A stretch of 64,000 nt of DNA from Polyangiales bacterium (GTDB taxonomy: Bacteria; Myxococcota_A; Polyangia; Polyangiales; Ga0077539). Positions 57,031 to 64,000 of this stretch are shown piece after piece. The translations under genes and the position numbers were made by a program. The stretch lies in assembly GCA_044229975.1 (NCBI GenBank), contig JBGARZ010000021.1, forward strand, positions 99,818 through 163,817, in the 5' to 3' direction. The notes below the pieces were generated by a model. The model was not told the origin of the DNA, made no database searches, and saw only the letters and a program-made list of their open reading frames with translations. How positions within the stretch are numbered: position 1 is the stretch's first letter; the number at the start of each line of letters is the position of its first letter.

Positions 57031-58181
57031 TCGGCGTCGTCTCCATCGACGGCGCCCCGGCGCGCGACGTCGCGGGCCTCCCGCTGCCACTCCGAACGCT
57101 CCTCCTCATGCAGGCCGAAGGGGTTGAGTGGTTGGGTGTTCATGGCGCGGAGGCGACGGCCTGGGTCGATCGTTGGCGCACCGACGACCGCGTGCGTCTC
57201 CCGCTGCGAGCGCTCGTCGCGTCGCCGCCCGAAGAGCACCTCGCGGTGCGCGGTGACGTGCTCCTCGATCGCGCGACGGTGCGGCAACTGTTGGCTGATG
57301 CGGGAGTGCTCTTCGACGGCGCCGAGGTGCTCGCGGTGCATCGCCGCGTGGGCCACGACGGCGGCCTCTTCGACGACGGCGGCGAAGGCTCGCTGCGTGA
57401 GCTCGGCGGCTGGCGCCGGGTGCGTACCGACGCGGAGGCAGCGGCGGCGGTCGACCACCTGCTTCAGTCGCTGCGCAAGCCGCAGGACGGGATGGTCTCG
57501 CGCGCCATCAACCGCACGCTGTCGCTCGCCGTCACCCGCGTGCTCTGTCGCACCGGGATGCGGCCCAACCAGCTCTCGGTCGGCATCCTCGGCATCGGCG
57601 CCGTGGGCGCGGCGCTCGCGGCGATGGGGACGCCCGCGGCCCTCGCGATGGGCGGACTGCTCTTCCAGACGCAGTCGGTGCTCGACGGGTGCGACGGCGA
57701 GCTGGCCCGGCTGACCTTCCGCGGATCCAAGGCCGGCGAGTGGATCGACACCGTCGGCGATGACGTCACCAACTACGCGTTCTTCGCGGGGCTCTCGTTG
57801 GGACTCACCCGCGCGGGACTCGGGCCGTGGTCGTGGGTCTTCGGCGTGGCGGGCGTGCTGGCGGGCTTCGTCGCCTCGGGCATCGAGTACCGCTACCTGC
57901 TGGCCATCGGCAGCGGCGACCTGACGAAGTACCCGCTGGGCTTCGGCGACGACCCGACCGGCGCCGTCGAGGAGACCGGACTCCAGGGTCTGCTGGCGAA
58001 GGCGCGACCGCTCTTCAAGCGGGACTTCTTCGTCTTCGTGACGATGCTCGCGACGGCGCTCGGTCGCTTCGCGTCGCTGGTGATGCTGGGGCTCTTCGCG
58101 ATCGGCGCGTGGGTGACCCTCTCGGCGGTGCTGCGCTCGGAGTGGGCGCGGCGAGGGGTGTTGCCGGGGAAGGAGCGATGA
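57027..58181 (+). CDS. CDP-alcohol phosphotransferase with N-terminal soluble domain
   Basis: KPQDGMVSRAINR, RPNQLS, full signature DGCDGELAR...G...DTVGD. Confidence 0.9.
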   Translation: MIGVVSIDGAPARDVAGLPLPLRTLLLMQAEGVEWLGVHGAEATAWVDRWRTDDRVRLPLRALVASPPEEHLAVRGDVLLDRATVRQLLADAGVLFDGAEVLAVHRRVGHDGGLFDDGGEGSLRELGGWRRVRTDAEAAAAVDHLLQSLRKPQDGMVSRAINRTLSLAVTRVLCRTGMRPNQLSVGILGIGAVGAALAAMGTPAALAMGGLLFQTQSVLDGCDGELARLTFRGSKAGEWIDTVGDDVTNYAFFAGLSLGLTRAGLGPWSWVFGVAGVLAGFVASGIEYRYLLAIGSGDLTKYPLGFGDDPTGAVEETGLQGLLAKARPLFKRDFFVFVTMLATALGRFASLVMLGLFAIGAWVTLSAVLRSEWARRGVLPGKER

Positions 58182-59452
58182 TGCCGCGCAAGGTCCTCAT
58201 GGCCTCGTGGCTCTTTCCTCCGCACGGCTCCATCGGGGCCAAGCGCGCGTGGCGCTTCGCCAAGCACCTGCCGTCACATGGGTGGCTGCCGACGGTGGTG
58301 AGCCGGAGGGTCCCGCCGCCCGGGTCCTTCGATGCGTCGGACTGGACGCTCCCCCCCGAGGTGACGCTGAGCCCCACCTACGACGCGGCCATCCTGAGCG
58401 TGCTGGCCGACCAGGGCGCCCGCGGCATCGATCGTACGGTGTCGCACCAACCATCCGATGAGCCCTTGCGCCGGTCGTTGGGTGCTCGTCTTTCGGAGCG
58501 GTGGGACCGCTTCGTCGACGCGGTGGTTCCGATGGAGACGGCCATCATCCACGCGCCACACGCCGCGAAGGAGCTCGATCGTCTGCTCCCCTCGCATGAC
58601 CTCCTGTGGACGACGAGCTACCCGTACCACACGCACGCCATCGGGCTGCGCGCCGCCCGCCGTCACGGCCGCCCCTGGGTCGCCGACCTGCGCGACCCGT
58701 GGACGCCCAACTGGGTACACCGACGGAAGTACGCGCCCGTACGGTCGATCGAGGCCCACTACGAGCGGGCGGTGTACGAGGGCGCCGACGCCATCGTGGT
58801 GACCACGGAGACGCTCGCCGCGCTGGATCGCGAGCGCTTTCCGCAGTGGGCGGGGAAGATCCACTGCGTTCACAATAGCTACGACGGCGAGGCCGATGCG
58901 TCGGTGGTGGTGCCCGACGAGCAGCCGCAGCGCTGGGTCCACTTCGGCAACGTGTACGGGCCGTGGTCGTTGGAGACGGTGTTTCGCGCGATGGCGCGGC
59001 GGCCGGGGCGCGTGGTGCTCGACAACCACGGCAAGCTCTCCGACCGCGACCGCGACCTCGCGGCATCGCTGGGTCTCGCGGACTCGGTGCGCGTTCGCCC
59101 GACGCTCCCCTTCGAGGAGGGCATGCGTCGCCTGGAGTCCGCCCACGCCCTGGTGCTCGCCGCCTGGAACCACCCCGACGCCGGCCTCTACATCCAGGGC
59201 AAGCTGTATGACTACCTGCGCGCGGGGCGTCCCATCGTCGCGGAGTCGTCGCAGCCCGAGGTGTTGGACATCCTTCGTCGCACCGGGGCGGGCGTCGTGG
59301 TGGCGCCCGGTGACGTCGCCACGATGACCGCGGTGATCGATGGTACGGCCGACCAACCATCGCGGAACGAATCGGCGGTGCGGTACTTCTCGGCGCCCGA
59401 GGCGACGGGGCGGCTGGCGGCGATCTTCGACGACGTGGCGCGGAGGCGGTAG
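58178..59452 (+). CDS. Glycosyltransferase family 4-like protein
   Basis: FPP...GAKRA..FAKHL...GW, PWVADLRDPW, HNSYD, GKLYDYLRAGRPI; AGGAG RBS. Confidence 0.88.
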   Translation: MMPRKVLMASWLFPPHGSIGAKRAWRFAKHLPSHGWLPTVVSRRVPPPGSFDASDWTLPPEVTLSPTYDAAILSVLADQGARGIDRTVSHQPSDEPLRRSLGARLSERWDRFVDAVVPMETAIIHAPHAAKELDRLLPSHDLLWTTSYPYHTHAIGLRAARRHGRPWVADLRDPWTPNWVHRRKYAPVRSIEAHYERAVYEGADAIVVTTETLAALDRERFPQWAGKIHCVHNSYDGEADASVVVPDEQPQRWVHFGNVYGPWSLETVFRAMARRPGRVVLDNHGKLSDRDRDLAASLGLADSVRVRPTLPFEEGMRRLESAHALVLAAWNHPDAGLYIQGKLYDYLRAGRPIVAESSQPEVLDILRRTGAGVVVAPGDVATMTAVIDGTADQPSRNESAVRYFSAPEATGRLAAIFDDVARRR

Positions 59453-59455
59453 GCG

Positions 59456-60403
59456 ATGGGCGTGGCGGTGACGGTGGTGGTTCGGTCGTTCAACCGACTC
59501 GCGGAGCTCGGGTCGCTCGTGCGCAACGTCCTGGGGCAGGACCACCCGAGCTTCGAGGTGCTCATCGTCGACTCGACGAAGGGCGTGACGGCCGACGAGG
59601 TGCTCGCCGCCGTGGGCGTGGATGACCCGCGGGTGAGGGTGGTGCAGACGCCGCCGAGTGGATGTGCGGCGGCGGCCAATGTGGGGATGCGTCACGCGCG
59701 CGGCGAGGTGGTGGCCTCGGTCGACGACGACGACGTCCCGGTGGGATCAGGGTGGTTGAGCGCGCTGACGGCGCCGCTGGCTGATCCGCTGTGCCTGGGC
59801 GTCAACGGGCGGATGGACTACGTGGGTGAAGGGGAAGCGAGGGTTCCGAGGGTGCGCGCGGGGTGGCTGCGCGACCGGTGGATGCTGTCGTACGGGCCCT
59901 TCAAGAAGCCGCGGGTGTTTCCGGGGTCGCCCAACGCGAAGCGCGGCATCGCGTGGCTGACGGGCGGCAACGCGGCGCTGCGGCGCGAGGCGTGGGCGCG
60001 CGGCGGCGGGTGGGACGAGTTCATCGGGTACCACAACGAGCACTCGCTCTTCCTGCGGCTGGCCAGCCGGATGAAGCCGGGCGAGTACCTCGCGTACGCC
60101 CCGGAGGCGCGGATGGTCATTCGCCGCGACGTGGCGGGCGGAATGGAAGACCGCACCGTGGTCGACTCGCGCGACCGGGTCGACACCGTCGCGAAGTACT
60201 ACCTGTGGCTGGTCGCCAAGGAGCACCCGCTGCGGGTGTGGGGGCTCTTGCCGGTGTTCTTGCCGTACTACCTCTTCGACGCGGGGGTGCATGCGGCCGA
60301 GCAGGCGGAGCACTCGCGGGCCGACCTGGTGCGGCAGTTTATCGAAGGGGTTCGGTACGCGCCGCGGGCCTTCGTGAAGCACGCGCTGCGCTCGCCGGGC
60401 TGA
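59456..60403 (+). CDS. Glycosyltransferase family 2 protein
   Basis: VTVVVRSFNR, FEVLIVD, AAANVG...ARGE, VDDDD, GGNAALRR, GGWDE. Confidence 0.88.
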   Translation: MGVAVTVVVRSFNRLAELGSLVRNVLGQDHPSFEVLIVDSTKGVTADEVLAAVGVDDPRVRVVQTPPSGCAAAANVGMRHARGEVVASVDDDDVPVGSGWLSALTAPLADPLCLGVNGRMDYVGEGEARVPRVRAGWLRDRWMLSYGPFKKPRVFPGSPNAKRGIAWLTGGNAALRREAWARGGGWDEFIGYHNEHSLFLRLASRMKPGEYLAYAPEARMVIRRDVAGGMEDRTVVDSRDRVDTVAKYYLWLVAKEHPLRVWGLLPVFLPYYLFDAGVHAAEQAEHSRADLVRQFIEGVRYAPRAFVKHALRSPG

Positions 60404-60405
60404 GG

Positions 60406-61035
60406 CTACTTCGCGCTCTTGCGCGGCTTCGGCGCGGCCTTGGGGGCGCCCTGCGGGTAGATGGTCTCGCCCTTCTTCAGCATCTCGACGAAGCTGGCGA
60501 TCTTCTTCGCGCGATTCGCCTCCGTCTTGATGGCGAGCGTGCGGAAGGTCAGCGCGAAGCGGTTCTGTGACGAGAGGGTCTCGTACATCGCGGCGGCTTT
60601 TGGCACGGCCTTGATCGCCGCGAGCAGGTCGGCCGGCGCCTCGGTCGTCGAGACGCGGTAGGCCTGTGCCCAGCGGCCGTCGGCCTTCGCCGCATCGACG
60701 TGCGCGAGCCCGGATGGCTGCATCCTTCCCGCGGCGATGAGGCGCTCGACGTTGGCGACGTTGACCTGGCTCCAGACGCTCTTCTTGCCGCGCGGGCAGT
60801 AGCGCTGGAGGAAGCTAACGTCGTCGAGGCCCTTCCGGATGGCGTCGATCCAGCCCCAGCAGAGGCACACGTCGATGGCCTGCACCGGTGTGATCGAGGC
60901 CGTGCCCGACTTCACCTTGAAGATACGGATCCACACCTCGGGCTCGTCGTCGCGGTGCTCGCCGAGCCATTGGTAGAAGCTGTCCTCGTCGACGAACTCG
61001 CGCACCCTCGCCGGGTCGACCTTCACCGCTGCCAT
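60406..61035 (-). CDS. YdeI/OmpD-associated family protein
   Basis: CWGWID, QRYCPR..KSVWS..N, AAKADGRW..AY, C-terminal helical domain. Confidence 0.88.
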   Translation of the reverse strand: MAAVKVDPARVREFVDEDSFYQWLGEHRDDEPEVWIRIFKVKSGTASITPVQAIDVCLCWGWIDAIRKGLDDVSFLQRYCPRGKKSVWSQVNVANVERLIAAGRMQPSGLAHVDAAKADGRWAQAYRVSTTEAPADLLAAIKAVPKAAAMYETLSSQNRFALTFRTLAIKTEANRAKKIASFVEMLKKGETIYPQGAPKAAPKPRKSAK

Positions 61036-61141
61036 GGGCGCACGGTACCCCGCTCGCGCGCTCTATCGTTGCCCGATCTCGTCTCCGCGGATGGCGCACG
61101 CATCCATCGGCGGAGGACGTGCGCGGCGTGGTTCGGAGTAA

Positions 61142-61294
61142 GGGCCGCCAGGGCGCAAGGGTCGCAAGGGAGAGACGGAGGCCCCAGGCAAGCGGTGTTG
61201 CTGTGTTGCAACCGGACGGCCGATTCGCCGGTCGATGATTGCGACCTCTGGCAGCTCACCCGATCTCTCCCTTGCGCCCTTGCGCCCTGGCGGC
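61142..61294. repeat. REP-like inverted repeat, family B, copy 2
   Basis: GCCGCCAGGGCGCAAGGGTCGCAAGGGAGAGA pairs with 61264-61294 (one-base indel). Confidence 0.88.
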
Positions 61295-61372
61295 TTTCTC
61301 CGACTCGGCGTCGCTCACAGAGTCAGTGACATGAACTGCGCTTCGCCCTCGCTTCGCGATAGACCTTCCGCC

Positions 61373-62242
61373 ATGGGTTCACCTGTCCGTCCGAGGCTCA
61401 GGTCATGGGTGGTTCGTGCAGCAGCGTTGACCGGCGTCGGCCTCGCGCTCGGCTGCTACGACGAAGACCCCTACGCGACGAAGGACCTCGACGTGGGGCA
61501 GGTCGAGGACACTGGCGTCGACGTACCGCTCGACCGCACGGCTTCCGACGCGGGCATCGACGTGCCCGCCGACCGCGGCGGCGACGTGCCCACTGACCGC
61601 GGCGTCGATGTGCCCGTCGATCGACCCGCAGAAGTGTCCATCGATGTGCCCGCCGATCGACCCGCAGACGTGTCCATCGACGTCCTCGCCGACGTCGTCA
61701 CCGATGGTGTGATTGCGGACGGCGGCTACGCGGTCGCCGAAGTCACCGCGGCGGCGCCTTCGGTTCGCGGCGGCGCGGCGCTCTCGGTCGACGCAACCCT
61801 GCTGAGCGAGTGCGGCGCGAACGAGGTCGCCGTGGGCATCGCGGTCAGCGTCGAAGGTCGCAGCTACGTTGCCGACGCGCGCCTGGAGTGTGCGGCGCTC
61901 GACGCGACGGGCCTCGCCTTCGCCACGCCACACTGGGCCGGTGACGACCCACCCGCCGACTGGAGCCGCGCGCGCTGCCCGGCCGGCCAGCACGTCATCG
62001 GGATCCTCGGCGCAGGTGGCGACATCATCGACCGCCTCGGCGCCCAGTGCGCGGCCCTGGGCTGGACCACGACCGATACCCGAACGCCCCTCGGCCCGTG
62101 GGGTGGTACGGCCACCGATCGGGCCGAGGCGTGCCCGCCCTCGTCGGCGGTGCAGCGACTGGCCATCTCGCAGGTGACCTACTTCGGCGGGACGACGGCG
62201 CTCACGGCCGAGGCCCGCTGTCGACGGGTCGCGCCTCGCTGA
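61373..62242 (+). CDS. Lipoprotein with DVPxDR repeats and a Cys-containing lectin-like (beta-prism-like) domain
   Basis: ALGC lipobox; repeated DVPxDR; CGANEVAVGI and CPAGQHVIGILGAGGDIIDRLGAQC modules. Confidence 0.65.
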   Translation: MGSPVRPRLRSWVVRAAALTGVGLALGCYDEDPYATKDLDVGQVEDTGVDVPLDRTASDAGIDVPADRGGDVPTDRGVDVPVDRPAEVSIDVPADRPADVSIDVLADVVTDGVIADGGYAVAEVTAAAPSVRGGAALSVDATLLSECGANEVAVGIAVSVEGRSYVADARLECAALDATGLAFATPHWAGDDPPADWSRARCPAGQHVIGILGAGGDIIDRLGAQCAALGWTTTDTRTPLGPWGGTATDRAEACPPSSAVQRLAISQVTYFGGTTALTAEARCRRVAPR

Positions 62243-62250
62243 GCCCTTCG

Positions 62251-63603
62251 CTACGGGGACGGAGCAGGGCGCACGTCCAGCGTGAAGGCCCCGCCCGTCC
62301 AGCTCCCGAGTCGTGAACTCGCCCGCAGCACGGCCGTCGTCGCGGCCTCCGTCGCGCACCAGCGAACGCGGCTGTCGAAGCGCTCACTGCCCGGCGCGCT
62401 GGCGCCGACCCCGTCGTCGTCATCGAGCACCCACGCCCCGTCGACGAACACCTGAAGTCGCATGTCGAGGTGACCTCGCGGTGACCACTGCGCCTCGCCA
62501 CCGGTCAGCGTGATGTCGGCGCAAGCGGCGACCGGGAGCGTCAGGGCGTAGTCGCGATAGCGACGGGCTTCGCCTTCGACGGCGTCGGGAGGAAGCAGTC
62601 GATCGTGTACGGTGGCGTCCATGGCGATGGGGACCGGAGAGCGAGGAGGCGCCGACTCCCACGGCTCGGAGACGTCGCGCGTCGGCAGCCCGAGCGCGGC
62701 CAACGACTTGGTGAAGTAGAAGGCGGCGATGGACTCGTGCGGCATCCGCGAGGGGGCTGCCACCATCGGGTGTTCGCGCAGGTCGCGGGTGAGGTCACCG
62801 ATGCGGGTGGCGAGGGTTCCGGGCGGGCGGTGGCGGGCCGCGGCGACGAGGGTCTGGGCGAGCGTCGCGGCCGCACGAACGCCCGCGTAGAGGGTCAGCA
62901 AGCGACGAGGCGCTGCCGGCGAAGGTGCCTGCCACCACGAGAGCAGCACCTCGGAACGATCGGCGAGGGAGTCGTAGAGGAGCACTGCGCGGACGTCGCG
63001 CGCCACGACAGGGAAGGCCAGAACGCGCTGGAGCGTGCGGCCGCCGAGACTGTGGGCGGCGAGGACGGTTCCGGCGAAGCGCAGGGGCGGAGCGGTTGGG
63101 TCGAGGTGCGTACTGACGTGTCGCGTGACGGCGTCGAGCATCGTCGTGAACCCGCTGGGTCGTCCGAGCGCGCTGTCGCGGCCGGAGTGGAGCTGCGGGA
63201 CGACGAGCACCGTGTTGGTGTGGGCCAGGTCGTGGAGCGCCGAGAAGGCCCAGCCCTCGGTCGGGCCGGACGAGCGATGGCAGAGGCGACGGTCGTAGGC
63301 TCCCGCCCAGACGCACTCGGCGGCGCACACCGAGGCGGCGTGGAAGAAGACCACCGCGTGCACAGGGAGGGCGAGGTCGAGCCGCGCGGGGACGTGGACG
63401 GTGACTTCGAGCGGCGTGCTCGACCCGGCGACGGGGACGACGAGCGACGAGGTCCAAGCCGTGGCGGGAAGGGGTGACGGCGTGTCCGTAGCAACCTGCG
63501 CGTCGCGGGCGCGGCGAGGGTCATTGCGGGGTGCCCGGCAGGAGAGCCCCAGGAGCGCGAGGAGGGCGAGGACGCAGAGATGCGGGCGCCGCTTCAGCCG
63601 CAC
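62251..63603 (-). CDS. Putative alpha/beta-hydrolase lipoprotein with PPC-like C-terminal domain
   Basis: LLGLSC lipobox, VVFFH, LVVPQ, AHSLGG nucleophile elbow, LYDS; DDDDG...DSRV...GAFTL tail. Start uncertain. Confidence 0.65.
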   Translation of the reverse strand: MRLKRRPHLCVLALLALLGLSCRAPRNDPRRARDAQVATDTPSPLPATAWTSSLVVPVAGSSTPLEVTVHVPARLDLALPVHAVVFFHAASVCAAECVWAGAYDRRLCHRSSGPTEGWAFSALHDLAHTNTVLVVPQLHSGRDSALGRPSGFTTMLDAVTRHVSTHLDPTAPPLRFAGTVLAAHSLGGRTLQRVLAFPVVARDVRAVLLYDSLADRSEVLLSWWQAPSPAAPRRLLTLYAGVRAAATLAQTLVAAARHRPPGTLATRIGDLTRDLREHPMVAAPSRMPHESIAAFYFTKSLAALGLPTRDVSEPWESAPPRSPVPIAMDATVHDRLLPPDAVEGEARRYRDYALTLPVAACADITLTGGEAQWSPRGHLDMRLQVFVDGAWVLDDDDGVGASAPGSERFDSRVRWCATEAATTAVLRASSRLGSWTGGAFTLDVRPAPSP

Positions 63604-63880
63604 GTCCGCACGAGCGGCGGATCGACACACATCGCATTGGGCTACGGCTTCTGGGAAGCCACGGTTCGCGTCCGCGTTCGTGCGGCACGGTTCATCAATG
63701 AACATGCGGTACCGCGAACAGGGCGCCTTCTTATCACTCGATGAACGTGTCGCGTGGTACACAGGCCTCGTTGTGGGAAGTGCGGTCGCACAGCGGCCAT
63801 TGTCTCGATGGGGAGAGTGTATGAGGCGGTTGACCGGGATCTTGTGCTCCATGGTCGTCGCCCTGCGTGCCAATAACCCG

Positions 63881-64000
63881 TGAGACACCCCAGCCGGGGA
63901 GTTTACTGAACCAGGGCGGTCAGGAGACGGTCTCATGGACATGGTCACGAAGAAGCCCGACGTCGCTCCGACCGAGGTCACGCCCAAGGCGAAGCGCCGC
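63881..64000 (+). mobile_element. Left end of an IS3-family insertion sequence (truncated by the window)
   Basis: Begins TGAGACACC (IS3 ends start with TG); AGGAG then ATG 63935 giving MDMVTKKPDVAPTEVTPKAKRR, resembling the N-terminus of IS3 OrfA proteins. Only 22 codons visible. Confidence 0.65.

Noticed and set aside
61515..61690. Short tandem repeats
   Set aside because: Encode the DVPxDR linker of the lipoprotein.
63604..63987. N-terminal extension of the 578-aa minus-strand ORF
   Set aside because: Runs through low-GC intergenic DNA and the IS end; the lipoprotein signal begins near 63603.

Overview
High-GC, densely coding bacterial DNA, almost certainly from a Myxococcota (myxobacteria-like) organism, judged from two MYXO-CTERM-type proteins, two Hanks-type Ser/Thr kinases, a CorE-like sigma factor, a TSP3/OmpA protein and a DUF1501/DUF1585-type cluster. 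In order, the window holds: a polysaccharide locus (asnB, gmd, fcl, methyltransferase, O-antigen ligase/polymerase-like gene, wzc); leuS, a DUF482/FemAB-like gene, clpS and clpA; a Ser/Thr kinase and a 44-aa Cys-rich peptide; a divergent copper island (multicopper oxidase, TolC and a His-tailed peptide on one side; cupredoxin, CopA, a CorE-like ECF sigma and bestrophin on the other) with two back-to-back TGTAAT-N16-CGTC promoter-like motifs; an OmpR-type two-component pair; a rhodanese/carbonic-anhydrase-like fusion; C2-PDZ and TSP3 envelope proteins; an MCE protein; a DEDDh exonuclease; LytS/LytTR; glk, hisC, ridA and purA; a glycosyltransferase/CDP-alcohol phosphotransferase operon; and the left end of an IS3-family element. 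At least four unrelated families of intergenic palindromic elements occur, including a 92-bp near-perfect inverted repeat. The strongest candidates for new biology are the metal/anion module (CorE-type promoters, bestrophin, Cys-rich peptide, rhodanese-CA fusion) and the leuS-DUF482-clpS-clpA arrangement. All family calls come from motif recognition by eye; no searches were run.
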